This document shows positions 28,294-38,570 of a stretch of DNA of 64,000 nt, piece after piece. The translations under genes and the position numbers were made by a program. The stretch lies in assembly GCA_963771465.1 (NCBI GenBank), contig CAVYTU010000016.1:1-64000 (forward strand), written 5' to 3'. The stretch's first letter is position 1; each line of letters starts with the position of its first letter. This stretch comes from an uncultured delta proteobacterium. Lineage in GTDB: Bacteria; Desulfobacterota; Binatia; UBA9968. The notes beneath the pieces are model-generated. The model saw only the letters and a program-made list of their open reading frames with translations. It had not been told where the DNA came from and ran no database searches.

Positions 28294-29493
28294 TTACGCT
28301 TCGCTTCCCAATATTGCCGCCGCGGTGCAGCCGAAATTCTTGCCATAATTGACGGCGCCGACGCCGGTGGAGATGCCGAACTTGATATTCGGCACTTGGC
28401 GGTCGCCGCCTTCACCGCGGATCTGCCGGACGGTTTCGAGGACATGAAGCATGCCGCCGGTGGTCGATGGCTGGCCACAATTGATCATGCCGCCGCTGGT
28501 TTGGATCGGCAGATCGCCTTTGAATGTGAAATCGGTTTTCTCGAAGAAGGCTTTGTCGTTGCGGCCACAGAAGCCAAGATCTTCGATCTGGATCATGACG
28601 ACCGGAATATAGTCATCGTAAAGATTCAAGCAACGAATGTCCTTATGAGCCACCCCCGACATGGCAAAGGCGCGCTTGCCGGCGTCGGTAATGCCGGTGA
28701 TTAACGGGTTCGCGCGAAAACGCGGACCGAAGCTCGCATTGTTACATTCGCCCCACCCCAGCAGGTAAACCGGCGGCTTGCGCATTGTCTTGGCGCGCTC
28801 CGCCGATGTCATAATGTACGCCTTACCGCCGTTGGCCGGCATGACGCAGTCGTACAAACGGATCGGATCGGAGATCATGCGCGATTTCTTGTAGTCATCG
28901 ATGGTGATCGGTTTTCTCAAATACGCGTTGGGATTGAGCGATGCATGATAACGGCCGGTGACAGCGATTTTGCCGAAGTGCTCGTCGGTCATGCCAGATT
29001 CGTGCATATAGCGACTCATCACGAATGAGATTTTACAATTGGGACCCATGACGCCGAAGGGCATTTCAAAATCTCTCGTGTCCGCGTGGGCGCCGCGATG
29101 GCCGCCGCGCTCGCTAAACGGAGCCGCTGCCGCGATAACCAACACGAGGTCGCAAAGGCCGGCGCTGATCGCCGCGGCGGCGTGGCCGAGCAGCGAGACA
29201 GAACTGGCGCCGCCGTTGCCGCCGGCAAGCGAAACGCCCGGCGTGATGCCGAGAATCGCCGCCACTTCTTCGGGCCAGAACGGTTGTGAGTGATTGGTCG
29301 TGTAGATTGCTCCTAATCCTTGGCCGTCAAAATCTTTTTTGCTCAATCCGGCGTCTTCCATCGCCAAGCGCGCCGCCCAAGCGAGATATTCCGCCGTCGA
29401 TTTTTTCGCCTCGCCCGGTTTTCCGCCGAGCCGGTCGGTGGGTGTCTCGCCGATGCCGACCACCGCGGTTTTTCCTCGTATGCTCATGTGCAT
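28294..29493 (-). CDS. Thiolase-family (SCP2/Ltp-like) protein
   Basis: AVVGIGET, HASLNPNA, DPIRLYDC, LYDDY and LPIQTSGG; paired with DUF35. Confidence 0.9.
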   Translation of the reverse strand: MHMSIRGKTAVVGIGETPTDRLGGKPGEAKKSTAEYLAWAARLAMEDAGLSKKDFDGQGLGAIYTTNHSQPFWPEEVAAILGITPGVSLAGGNGGASSVSLLGHAAAAISAGLCDLVLVIAAAAPFSERGGHRGAHADTRDFEMPFGVMGPNCKISFVMSRYMHESGMTDEHFGKIAVTGRYHASLNPNAYLRKPITIDDYKKSRMISDPIRLYDCVMPANGGKAYIMTSAERAKTMRKPPVYLLGWGECNNASFGPRFRANPLITGITDAGKRAFAMSGVAHKDIRCLNLYDDYIPVVMIQIEDLGFCGRNDKAFFEKTDFTFKGDLPIQTSGGMINCGQPSTTGGMLHVLETVRQIRGEGGDRQVPNIKFGISTGVGAVNYGKNFGCTAAAILGSEA

Positions 29494-29612
29494 GCTTCCT
29501 TTCTATGTCTATGCAGAAATATTTCACCGGGCTGTGGCTGTCAAGCAAAGCGAGCGACTATCTTGACCGAATTGATTCTAGTCTCTAAGATCAGCGCTCA
29601 ATGGGAGTGGGA

Positions 29613-30605
29613 ATGAACAAATTTAATCCGGTTTTGTTTGGTGTGCTTCTTCTAGTGACCGCGTTGGGCGGCGTGCTTGATGCGGCGGAAAAGGCGGAGA
29701 AGCTGATTGCGGACTACGGTGGCCACGCCGGGTTTCAGAGCGCGACTTGGATCGGCAAGGATTTAAAGATCTTCGAGAAGCACGGCCTGGATGTCGAGAT
29801 TATCATGATCACCGGCGCGGCCCGTTCGGTGGCGGCACTATTGGGAAATAGCACACACTTTTCCACCGGATCGGCGACCGGGCCGCTAGCGGCCGCGGTC
29901 AGAGGCTCGGACATCAAAGTCATCGCCGCGTCTTACAACAAATTTCCCTACGCCTTTGTGGTACGGCCCGATATTCGTAGCCCCAACGACCTGCGGGGGA
30001 AGCGGGTCAACATTCTCAACTACGGCGGCTCCAACGATCTCGCCTTGCAACTGGCGCTCCGAGAGTGGGGTTTGAAGCTGGCGGACATTCAAATCGTGAT
30101 CGGCGGCGATGCGCCGACGCGCTTGGGATCATTAATGGCGGGGCGCATGGATGCGACGATTCTCTCGCCGCCGCATCTGACGATCGCACTCAAAGCTGGT
30201 TACCGCGTGCTCGCCGATATGGGCGATATGAGCACCAACTTCACGCAATCGTCGTTATACGTGAAAGGCAGTTCGCTGCGGGAGAATCGCGATCGGGTGA
30301 AGCGCTTTCTGCGCGCTTACGCCGAGGCGATTCACGTAATCAAGACCGATCGGGAGCGGACCATGAAAGTATTCGCCCATCGCATGCGGGTCGACGATCC
30401 GGAGACGGTGCGATCGACTTACGACTACTTCGCGCCGCGCTTTTCTTTTCCGCCGCGGGTGAATCTAGCCGGCGTGCGCGATACTATTAATTTCTACGCC
30501 GAGCAAAACCCCGACTTTAAAAATCGCAAACCGGAAGAATTTGTCGATCACTCGTTGATGGACGAGCTGGACAAGGAAGGATTCTTCAAGAAGGTGGGCG
30601 GGTGA
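29613..30605 (+). CDS. ABC transporter SBP, NMT1/THI5-like
   Basis: Signal peptide; FEKHGLDVE, DLRGKRV and GRMDATILSPP. Confidence 0.92.
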   Translation: MNKFNPVLFGVLLLVTALGGVLDAAEKAEKLIADYGGHAGFQSATWIGKDLKIFEKHGLDVEIIMITGAARSVAALLGNSTHFSTGSATGPLAAAVRGSDIKVIAASYNKFPYAFVVRPDIRSPNDLRGKRVNILNYGGSNDLALQLALREWGLKLADIQIVIGGDAPTRLGSLMAGRMDATILSPPHLTIALKAGYRVLADMGDMSTNFTQSSLYVKGSSLRENRDRVKRFLRAYAEAIHVIKTDRERTMKVFAHRMRVDDPETVRSTYDYFAPRFSFPPRVNLAGVRDTINFYAEQNPDFKNRKPEEFVDHSLMDELDKEGFFKKVGG

Positions 30606-30616
30606 GGGATAAATGC

Positions 30617-30691
30617 CGTGCTCGTGGCTCGTGCTCGTGTTCGTTTTAGGACACGACCGGATTGCGAGCCCGAGTCACGAACACGATCACG
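30617..30691. repeat. TCGTGN hexamer repeats with inverted arm
   Basis: cgtgc tcgtgg c tcgtgc tcgtgt tcgt ... cacga a cacga t cacg between convergent SBP genes. Confidence 0.85.
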
Positions 30692-30696
30692 TTCTT

Positions 30697-31668
30697 CTAT
30701 TGTGCTTTTCTGGCAAAGCTCCAATCGGCTACATCTGAAATGCTGACTTCCGGCGCGTTCTTGCGCGTCTCGCGCACGAGCCTGATCACGTTGCGCATCG
30801 CTTCGTCGGAGCCGATGCCGGTGCGGCTGAACAGGCTGATCATTTCCTTGTACATGTTTTCGCGAATGTCCGCTTCTTTGACGCCCCACTGTTTGTCGAT
30901 GATCGCAAGAATATCTGCCTTGCGCGTGCGGATGTATTCCAGACTCTTGACCAGCGCGCGGATCATCTTGACGATTTCGTCGGGTTTCTCTTTCATTTTT
31001 TGCGTGTGCACGGCTAAGCCGCCAACGGGCATGCTCATGATGTCGTTGAAGCCGAGCAGTTCGTTGAAGCCGCGTTTCTTGGCCTGATGATTGAACGGCG
31101 GCACCAACATCGCCGCGTGAATCGAACCGCTTTCCAAGGAAATATAGCGCGCCGAGCTGCCGCCGACTTGCAAAAACGTCACATCTTTTTCCGGGTTCAA
31201 ACCGTATTTTTTGAGGATCGCGATCGCTTCGCTGTGCGGTGTGCCGCCGAAGCTGCTGATGCCGAAGGTTTTGCCTTTGAGGTCTTCAACGCGCTTGATG
31301 TTGGGGCTGGTGACTAAGAAATGATCGGCGCCGTCCATCACCGACATGACGATTTTTACCGGTGCACCGGACATCGCCGCACCGACAAAATTTGAAAAAG
31401 TCCCGCCGTAGTCGACGTGGCGGCTGAGCACACCGTTGACGACGATCTGATTCTGCATGATGACGACGAGCGCGTTCAACCCTTCGGCTTTGAAGAACCC
31501 TTTTTCTTCGGCGACGACGTAGGGAAGCGACGTGCTGCCGTTGCGCGTAGTGAGGCCGAGAGTGATGCGCTCTTGGGCTGAGGCGGATCGGACCGATAGG
31601 ACCGTGAGGACGATTAGGACGAATAATCGGATGGAACGGACGGCTTGTTTACTGCGAGGGCGTGTCAT
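30697..31668 (-). CDS. ABC transporter SBP, NMT1/THI5-like
   Basis: GAGGAG RBS; KGFFKAEGL, DLKGKTFGISSFG and GLNPEKDV. Confidence 0.92.
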   Translation of the reverse strand: MTRPRSKQAVRSIRLFVLIVLTVLSVRSASAQERITLGLTTRNGSTSLPYVVAEEKGFFKAEGLNALVVIMQNQIVVNGVLSRHVDYGGTFSNFVGAAMSGAPVKIVMSVMDGADHFLVTSPNIKRVEDLKGKTFGISSFGGTPHSEAIAILKKYGLNPEKDVTFLQVGGSSARYISLESGSIHAAMLVPPFNHQAKKRGFNELLGFNDIMSMPVGGLAVHTQKMKEKPDEIVKMIRALVKSLEYIRTRKADILAIIDKQWGVKEADIRENMYKEMISLFSRTGIGSDEAMRNVIRLVRETRKNAPEVSISDVADWSFARKAQ

Positions 31669-31692
31669 TTTAAACTCCTCCGTTCGGCTCAA

Positions 31693-31806
31693 TTACCGAG
31701 CTGCTTTGGCGATCTCGTCGAGCAAGCTGGTGTCGACGAAATCTTTCGGCTGCGCTTGCTTGGCTTTGGGATCTTTGTCGGCGAGAAAGTCGAGCGCGGC
31801 CTGCTG
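31693..31806 (-). pseudogene. 3' remnant of an NMT1-like SBP
   Basis: QAALDFLADKDPKAKQAQPKDFVDTSLLDEIAKAAR* parallels ETALRNPKAKGAKPEDFVDSSFVKKV of 36642..37643; no 5' part. Confidence 0.8.
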
Positions 31807-31817
31807 AGTGCGGCTGA

Positions 31818-32951
31818 TTAATGCAATTGCGGCATGATCTCCTTGGTGAAGAGATCGAGTGAGTTGACGACTTTGTCGTGCTTCAGATTGCCGATGTGGA
31901 ACATGCCCATGAAGTGATTGGCGCCGACTTGTTGCATCTGGTTCTGAATCTGTTTGGCGACGCTTTCGGGGTTGCCGGCGATCAGGTAGCCGGATTCGAT
32001 CAGGCCGTCGTAGTCCATTTTTGAAAAGTCGAAACGCTCGCGGTTGCCTTCGCGGAAATAGCTGAACGACCGCTCGCTCGTTAGGGCCGCTGTCAGCTGC
32101 TTGGCTACAGCGTCTTTGTTGATCGCTTCGTTGAAGCCGCGATTGAACACGGTGAAAAAATAGGCCATCGCCGGTGTGACGAATTCGCGCGCCTTTTGAT
32201 CGGTCTCGTCAATGTAGATGTGACGGCATAAAATGAACTGCTCGGGCTTAGCGTCCCAGCCGTCTTCTTTGGCCTTCAAGCGATAGTAATTGAATGTGTC
32301 CTCGATCTGTCCGGTCGTTTGATAGACCTGAGCGCAGGGGAGATGACGTTTGACGCACCATTCGACCGATTCCGCGCTGCGCGCGGCGATCCAGATCGGC
32401 GGATGGGGTTGTTGCACCGGCCGCGGCCAGATCGCGCAGTCGTGCAGTTTGAAAAACGGCCCTTCGTGACTCCACACCGGCTTGGTCCAGGCGGTCATGA
32501 TCAGGTTGTAAGCTTCTTCGAAACGGCCGCGCGATTCTTCCGGATTGACGCCGTACCAAATATATTCCGGCGGGATGCCGCGCACGAAACCGGCGATCAG
32601 CCGGCCGTTGCTCAGGCAATCGATCATCGCGTACTCTTCGGCGACACGCACCGGATGATTGCGCAGCGGCAGGATGTTGCCGAGAACGCCGATCTTTATT
32701 TTCTTGGTGCGCTGGCTGAGCGCGGAGGCGATCAGATTGGGTGACGGCATGGTGCCGTAGGCGCTGTAGTGATGCTCATTGAAAACCACCCCGTCAAAGC
32801 CCAACTCCTCGCAGTAAGTCATCTCCGACAGGTGCTCCTCATAATTCGCCGCACCCTTGGCTGGATCGAAATAGCTGCTCGGCACCGGCGTGCGCGGCGC
32901 GTCAACGGGCACATGGGGATAAGCGAGGAGATCGAAGTTATAAAGCTTCAC
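31818..32951 (-). CDS. LLM-class flavin-dependent oxidoreductase
   Basis: GFDGVVFNEHH, PVRVAEEYAMID and PRPVQQPHPPIW. Confidence 0.93.
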   Translation of the reverse strand: MKLYNFDLLAYPHVPVDAPRTPVPSSYFDPAKGAANYEEHLSEMTYCEELGFDGVVFNEHHYSAYGTMPSPNLIASALSQRTKKIKIGVLGNILPLRNHPVRVAEEYAMIDCLSNGRLIAGFVRGIPPEYIWYGVNPEESRGRFEEAYNLIMTAWTKPVWSHEGPFFKLHDCAIWPRPVQQPHPPIWIAARSAESVEWCVKRHLPCAQVYQTTGQIEDTFNYYRLKAKEDGWDAKPEQFILCRHIYIDETDQKAREFVTPAMAYFFTVFNRGFNEAINKDAVAKQLTAALTSERSFSYFREGNRERFDFSKMDYDGLIESGYLIAGNPESVAKQIQNQMQQVGANHFMGMFHIGNLKHDKVVNSLDLFTKEIMPQLH

Positions 32952-33051
32952 GGATTTTTTGCTCCTTAACTAAAACTGCGCGGATGCTAACACTCGACCG
33001 GTGTGCGGTCAAATCGCGCAAGGCGAAAAGGCCGGGGCTAGAAGCCGAAGG

Positions 33052-33112
33052 TCGAGGATGGAGTATTGAGGATGGAAGATCGCGATCCTCTATCATCCAT
33101 CTTCCATTCTCG
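33052..33112. repeat. GAGGATG-type heptamer repeats with inverted arm
   Basis: gaggatg gagtatt gaggatg gaagatc / gatcctc tatcatc catcttc cattctc; a related arm lies at 13143-13160. Confidence 0.85.
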
Positions 33113-33125
33113 ACGAATGACTTAG

Positions 33126-34112
33126 TTACTTGTAGTAACCCTCTTTGACCAACTGATCGACGATGCTGGTGTCGATATACGAGGCAGCGTTGGCGTTCGC
33201 CGCCTTCGGTGTGTTCTTTTTTATCGCTTCGAGGGTGGTTTTGATGGTTTCGACCTGGGGCCGATGCACTTTGTCGGTCCAGCGCCTGAATTGATTGTAG
33301 GCGTACTCGGTCTCGTCGCGCGGGCGGCCCAGATACTCACTCATGATGTCGAGAGTTTTTTCTTTTTGATCGAAATAAAATTTCGACGCCTCGGCGGTAG
33401 CGCGCAGAAAACGTACGACGTTGTCCCGATTGTTTTTCAAATAAGCGGTCGGTACGATCTCGCCGTTTTGCTGCCAGGGAATGCCCAAGCCCGGCAACGC
33501 CAGCAACATTTCATAGCCGCGCCGTTCGGCGATCAGATCGAAGGGCGGCGCCAAGATGCCAAACTGCACCTCGCCCTTTTCCATGGCGGCGAGGATGCTC
33601 GCCGGATCGGCGTTGGAATGTTGCACGAGTTTGACATCTTTTTCAGCATCGATTTTCAGTCGGTTCAACGCGAAGCGCAGCGCCGTATCCGGAATAGTTC
33701 CAAAGGGCGCGCCGACATGGCCGGTCTTGCCTTTGAGATCCGCGACATTCTTGATGCCTTTCTGCGCCATGATCTTATAGGGAAAAACGTTGACCCAGGA
33801 GCCGACCAGAGTAAATCCCGGCGCGCCTTCGAGGTGCGCGGTGACGAATGCCGCGGCGCCGGCGCCGGTGGCCATCTGCATCTTATTGGCCAACATCGCC
33901 TGCACGGCGGCGGTGGTGTTGGTCTTGATGATTTCGACATCGAGGCCATGCTTTTTGTAAAAGCCTTGGTTCACCGCGATGGAGAAAAGGCCAGCTCCGG
34001 GATTCACTCCGGCTTGGCCGACGGTCATTTTGCGCAAAGCTTCGCCGGCTTCGCTCGCGCCGGTTAACGTAGAAGCAAGAAATAACAACCCGATGCGAAT
34101 GGTCAAATACAC
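33126..34112 (-). CDS. ABC transporter SBP, NMT1/THI5-like
   Basis: Signal peptide; GFYKKHGLDVE, DLKGK and EKDVKLV. Confidence 0.9.
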   Translation of the reverse strand: MYLTIRIGLLFLASTLTGASEAGEALRKMTVGQAGVNPGAGLFSIAVNQGFYKKHGLDVEIIKTNTTAAVQAMLANKMQMATGAGAAAFVTAHLEGAPGFTLVGSWVNVFPYKIMAQKGIKNVADLKGKTGHVGAPFGTIPDTALRFALNRLKIDAEKDVKLVQHSNADPASILAAMEKGEVQFGILAPPFDLIAERRGYEMLLALPGLGIPWQQNGEIVPTAYLKNNRDNVVRFLRATAEASKFYFDQKEKTLDIMSEYLGRPRDETEYAYNQFRRWTDKVHRPQVETIKTTLEAIKKNTPKAANANAASYIDTSIVDQLVKEGYYK

Positions 34113-34145
34113 TGATTCCTCCAGTGAAATGGAAAGGGAAACGAA

Positions 34146-35048
34146 TTATTTTTGCGGCTTCCACTTATCCAGACGCCGCTCGACGGCCTTGAGCGCCTCA
34201 TTCAAACCAGCGCCCAAACCGGCGATGATCACGATCGGCACGAACATGGCCGCCATCTGGAAGCGTTGCGCCGCCACCGAACTGAGATAGCCGAGACCCG
34301 TCGCCGCGCCGTATTGCTCGGCGACGACGATATAAACCAAAGCGCGGCCGAGGGCGACGCGCATGCCGGCGACGATATAAGGCAATGAACCGGGCAAAGA
34401 TACTTTCATGAAGATCTGGCTGTCGTAGGCGCCGAAAGCCCGCGCCATGGTGATGAGACGATTATCCGTATTGGCGATGCCGACCATGGTGTTGATCAAG
34501 ATCGGAAACACCGCGGCCAAAACCGTCATGATGATTTTTGAAATCGCGCCGAGTCCGAACATCATTATGATGAGCGGTAAAAGCGCGATCAGGGGAGTGG
34601 CGTAGATTCCCGACAAAAGTGGGTCGAAGGTCTTGTGGACCGCCTTGTACCAGCCCATGGGCACACCGATGACCACGCCGAGGACGACGGAGACAGCGAA
34701 GCCGATCAAGAAGTTGGTCAGGCTGAACCACATATGCTCCCAGATGGAGCCGTTGGCGAAAAGCTCGTAGCCCTTGAGGATGATTTTGCTAAATGGCGGA
34801 ACGTAGAATGGGTTGATAATTTCTAAGCGGGTCGTGATCTCCCAGCCAAGAAAGAAAGTTACTATGCCGATGACGCCGAGCCAGTTGGAAAGCAGTTCCC
34901 GCGTGCGCTGCCACAGCCCGTTGGTCGTTAGCGGGTTCGACTCGTCGACGGAGACTAGGTCGAAGGCTTCTTGTTCTCGTTTAGCCGTGGCACGCTCCTT
35001 AGACGTGAGAGAAACCGAATGTATGCGCGCGGTTGCATCCGCTGTCAA
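34146..35048 (-). CDS. ABC transporter permease (SsuC/TauC-like)
   Basis: PLIALLPL, ARAFGA..IFMKVSLPGSLPYI and VVAEQYGA. Confidence 0.93.
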   Translation of the reverse strand: MTADATARIHSVSLTSKERATAKREQEAFDLVSVDESNPLTTNGLWQRTRELLSNWLGVIGIVTFFLGWEITTRLEIINPFYVPPFSKIILKGYELFANGSIWEHMWFSLTNFLIGFAVSVVLGVVIGVPMGWYKAVHKTFDPLLSGIYATPLIALLPLIIMMFGLGAISKIIMTVLAAVFPILINTMVGIANTDNRLITMARAFGAYDSQIFMKVSLPGSLPYIVAGMRVALGRALVYIVVAEQYGAATGLGYLSSVAAQRFQMAAMFVPIVIIAGLGAGLNEALKAVERRLDKWKPQK

Positions 35049-35085
35049 GCCTTGTTTGACGGTGGAATGGCGCGCGCTTCACGCG

Positions 35086-35883
35086 CTATTCCCAGCGTTT
35101 CATGGACGCGAAGTCGTAACTCACTGAACTGTCGGCCTCGAAGCGCCAAATGGCGCGCTCTTTTTTCCATTCGCCGGCGAAGACCGATTTCAAAAACGAC
35201 GTGATCTGATTCCACGCCGCGTCGCTCTGGGGCTGGCGATAGCGGCCGGGCATGGTGTCATTCAGAAATCCGTGCGGCGCGTCGGGATAGACGCGGATAC
35301 CAAAACTTTTTTTGGCGGCGGCTAAAACAGCGGACATGCGCACGATATTGTCCAGATGAATCAGATTGTCGAGCTCGCCGAAAACCGCCGTGAGCGGGCA
35401 GGTCATTTCTTTCAAGAGATCTTCGATCGACTCGGGCCGCAGCGCATGAGTCTTCCAGTCGGCCTCGTAAACCGCGCCATAGAGCACCACCGCGGCGGCG
35501 AGATAGTCGCGTTTGGCGGCCAGCAAAATCGGCTGGCGCCCGGTCTGACAGACACCGGACATGGCGATCTTGCCGATATCGACTTGTGGCAGGGTGCCGA
35601 GATAATCGACGACGGCATCGGTGTCGAGCAGGACTTCGTCATCACTCAGCTCGCAGCGGTCGTTGCCTTCGGCGAGCTTGGCGCGGTCGCCGGTGAAGCG
35701 CGAAAAGTAATCGGGCACGATGGTGACATAGCCGGCTTGGACGTATTTCTCGCCTAAGTCCATGGTGTGTTGCACGATGCCGTAGCGCTCGTGCATGTGA
35801 ATGATCGCCGGCCGTTTGCCGATGCCCTCGGGAATGCCGAGATGAGCGTCGATGCGATTGTCGATCTGTACGGGTGTGAGCAT
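35086..35883 (-). CDS. Dienelactone hydrolase family protein
   Basis: HERYG, GVCQTG nucleophile and YPDAPHGF. Confidence 0.9.
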   Translation of the reverse strand: MLTPVQIDNRIDAHLGIPEGIGKRPAIIHMHERYGIVQHTMDLGEKYVQAGYVTIVPDYFSRFTGDRAKLAEGNDRCELSDDEVLLDTDAVVDYLGTLPQVDIGKIAMSGVCQTGRQPILLAAKRDYLAAAVVLYGAVYEADWKTHALRPESIEDLLKEMTCPLTAVFGELDNLIHLDNIVRMSAVLAAAKKSFGIRVYPDAPHGFLNDTMPGRYRQPQSDAAWNQITSFLKSVFAGEWKKERAIWRFEADSSVSYDFASMKRWE

Positions 35884-36035
35884 GAGAATTATCCTTCTAG
35901 AGTATTTTTTGGCTGCCACTCTTAGCATTCAATCGGACGAATTTTTATCGATCGATGCGCTGATTAAGGTTTAAGGAAAAATTCAGTAGCGAGATTTGCC
36001 CGCCGCGTTAGCTCCCCAGCGTGTCGCCCCAACGA

Positions 36036-36611
36036 TTACGGCAAGCGGCTCAATACGTAGCGCAGCACCGCTTTGCTGGTTTCCAACGATGACTCGGGCT
36101 TTTTCCACGCGGCGATGCTGCCGCCAATGGCGCCCTTGTAAAAAACGATCAGCGTCGATTTATAGCCGGTCTTGGGATCGGTCACAGCTTCGAGGACGAA
36201 GGCGCGATCGCCGAAGCCGTCGATGGGCGTGATCGTGGCGTTCTTGAAGGGCGCGTCCGGGGCCTTGGCCATCTGTGAGTATTGCTCGACGGAGTTCTGA
36301 TAAATACTGCTCATCGCTTCGGCCGAATGCAGAACGTGCAAGGTGAGATCGAGTAGGCGCGGCGCGGTGAGCGAGTTGGCGACGTCGGTGCCGCGCGCGA
36401 TGTAGGTACAAATCGAATCGTAAGTGCCCGGTCCGTTGCCGGTCGGCACTTTGGCATGCTCTCTTACGTCGAGCGGCCCGCCGACGAATTTTTGCGCGTC
36501 GTCGCCGCTGACGATGCTGCACGCGCTAAACTCGGGGGTGGCGGCGAACAGCGCTGGGCTCAAGCCGATCGTTAATGCCAATGCCGCAAATTGTCCCTTC
36601 CAGCCAATCAT
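36036..36611 (-). CDS. Secreted hypothetical protein
   Basis: Signal peptide; ACSIVS..C pair and IDGFGDRAF (DUF3558-like appearance). Confidence 0.7.
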   Translation of the reverse strand: MIGWKGQFAALALTIGLSPALFAATPEFSACSIVSGDDAQKFVGGPLDVREHAKVPTGNGPGTYDSICTYIARGTDVANSLTAPRLLDLTLHVLHSAEAMSSIYQNSVEQYSQMAKAPDAPFKNATITPIDGFGDRAFVLEAVTDPKTGYKSTLIVFYKGAIGGSIAAWKKPESSLETSKAVLRYVLSRLP

Positions 36612-36641
36612 GTCTTGGTACCTTTCGAATTTTATCGCAAG

Positions 36642-37643
36642 TTAACGCTTATACAGCCGATCGAATAACCCTTCGTCATCGACTTTTTTCACGAAACTGG
36701 AGTCGACGAAGTCCTCCGGTTTGGCGCCTTTCGCTTTTGGATTGCGCAGTGCGGTTTCGTCGAGGATGGTTTTGATGCCAGCCAGTGTTGGGTACGGTTT
36801 TTCCGGTATCGATTTGAGCGCGATTTCCCGGTGCGTTTCTTCGAGCGCTTCGCGATCGTCGGTCTTGAGATACCTGCCGAGGATTTTGATCGTCGCTTCT
36901 TTTTCCCGTTTGTAAAAATGAATCGCTTCCGACAACGTGCGAATCACCGACAGCACCGTGTCGGGATTGCTTTTCAGATAGGGCCGTAACGCCAACAATG
37001 CCGTCAATTGAAACGGAATGTTGAGCTCAGCCATGTCGAGCAAGGTCTGATAGCCGAGCTTGCGCGCGGTGAGAGTAAAGGGCGGCGTGATGATCGTCGC
37101 CTGGACGTTTCTCGATTGCAGCGCGGCGAAGCGTGCGGTTTGCACGCCGATCTGCAGCAGCGTGACATCTTTCTCGGCATTCAAACCCACGCGCGCCAAG
37201 GCCATCTTGACGCTCAGGTCCGTCGCGCTGCCGAAGCGGCTGACCGCGACCTTGGTTCCTCTCAGCTGATCGACTTTCTTGATTTCCGGCAGCGCGATCA
37301 AGCTGTACGGGAAAGTATTCAACAGACTAGCGATGACCAACACATCGACACCGGCAAGCTTGCTGCCCACCGAAGAAGATCCATCCGACAACGTCATGGC
37401 GACATCGCCGCCGATCATCGCCTGAATCCCAAGCGAACCGCCGGTGGTAAAAACCAGGGTCGGATCGAGGTTGTGCTTCTTGAACAGCCCGACTTCTTTG
37501 GCGACGATCAACACCGCTTGATAGGGACTGGTCGCCGTATAGGCGATGTTGATTTTACGCAGCTGGGCGTAAGCCACTCTGACCAATCCTATATGCACGA
37601 TGATTCCGATCACGATTCCGGTCGCAGCGCGCCCATAGTTCAT
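36642..37643 (-). CDS. ABC transporter SBP, NMT1/THI5-like
   Basis: GLFKKHNL, VAVSRFGSATD and GLNAEKDVTLLQIG. Confidence 0.92.
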   Translation of the reverse strand: MNYGRAATGIVIGIIVHIGLVRVAYAQLRKINIAYTATSPYQAVLIVAKEVGLFKKHNLDPTLVFTTGGSLGIQAMIGGDVAMTLSDGSSSVGSKLAGVDVLVIASLLNTFPYSLIALPEIKKVDQLRGTKVAVSRFGSATDLSVKMALARVGLNAEKDVTLLQIGVQTARFAALQSRNVQATIITPPFTLTARKLGYQTLLDMAELNIPFQLTALLALRPYLKSNPDTVLSVIRTLSEAIHFYKREKEATIKILGRYLKTDDREALEETHREIALKSIPEKPYPTLAGIKTILDETALRNPKAKGAKPEDFVDSSFVKKVDDEGLFDRLYKR

Positions 37644-37654
37644 TCGGTTGCTTC

Positions 37655-37681
37655 CCATCACTCCATCTCTCCAATACTCCA
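37655..37681. repeat. TGGAGTNN octamer family, single (reverse) arm
   Basis: cca tcactcca tctctcca atactcca. Confidence 0.75.
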
Positions 37682-37709
37682 GACCTGCACTTGTAACTTC
37701 GAAGAGTTT

Positions 37710-38486
37710 TTACTTCTCCGGCTCGTATTGCAAATTATCCCGGATCAAATTCGAAATGCCTCGGGCGATGGGTCGGCGGATTTCTTCGCCGACGTGGGCG
37801 AGGCCGCCGAGCGCGCGGCCGAGGATCGCGAAGCTTTTGGACATCTGCCAGTGGATGCCCATGTCGAGCGAGATCGCTGCGATGGCGCCGGTGACGTTGA
37901 CGGGCAAATGCTTGCCGACTTTGCCGTCGGCGATCTTGCCGATTTTTCTTAAGAGCTCGCAGTAGCGGCCGTAGACTTTGGTTTCCTGGGCGACTTCGAA
38001 TAGCCGCTCGGCGCGCGGGTCGCCGCCGGTGTGGATGCCGTGGCCGATGCCGGGGATGAGTTGGTTATTCGCCAACCGTTTGTCCACCGTTTTGAGCGCG
38101 ACAGTGTCGAGATCGGTTTCTTTGGAAGTTTTCGGCAACGCGTCGTTCAACATCTTCGCGCAGTGTTCCGACGAGCCGAGATGGACGCTGCCGGCGCCGA
38201 GGATCGCCGCGGCGACCGCGCCTTGGATCGCTTCCGGCGCGGAGTGAAAAGTCATACGCGCCGCGGCGGCGCCGGTGGTCATGCCATGATCGACCAGGAC
38301 GATCAACATGCTGTCGATCATGCGCCCCTGCTCGGGCGTCGGTAGACGGCCTTCGAGCATCAAATAAACCATCTGCGCGAAGCTGATCTTGCCGAGCAGA
38401 TCCTTATTCAGATCGTAATTGCGCACGAAAATCTTATCGTGCTCGGCGCGGCCCATCGAGGAAACGAGTTTCGCTGTGTCTGCCAT
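37710..38486 (-). CDS. Citryl-CoA lyase / citrate synthase-like protein
   Basis: LVDHGMT, HLGS, IPGIGHGIH..GDPRA and PVNVTGA. Confidence 0.9.
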   Translation of the reverse strand: MADTAKLVSSMGRAEHDKIFVRNYDLNKDLLGKISFAQMVYLMLEGRLPTPEQGRMIDSMLIVLVDHGMTTGAAAARMTFHSAPEAIQGAVAAAILGAGSVHLGSSEHCAKMLNDALPKTSKETDLDTVALKTVDKRLANNQLIPGIGHGIHTGGDPRAERLFEVAQETKVYGRYCELLRKIGKIADGKVGKHLPVNVTGAIAAISLDMGIHWQMSKSFAILGRALGGLAHVGEEIRRPIARGISNLIRDNLQYEPEK

Positions 38487-38505
38487 AATGCCTCCTTAGA
38501 GTGCT

Positions 38506-38564
38506 TTTCGAGTCTCGGGTTTTGAGAATCAACGTGAGACACGAGACTCGAAACCCGAAGCGAG
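38506..38564. repeat. TTTCGAG-type heptamer repeats with inverted arm
   Basis: tttcgag tctcggg ttttgag ... cacgaga ctcgaaa cccgaag. Confidence 0.8.
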
Positions 38565-38570
38565 TTTTGC

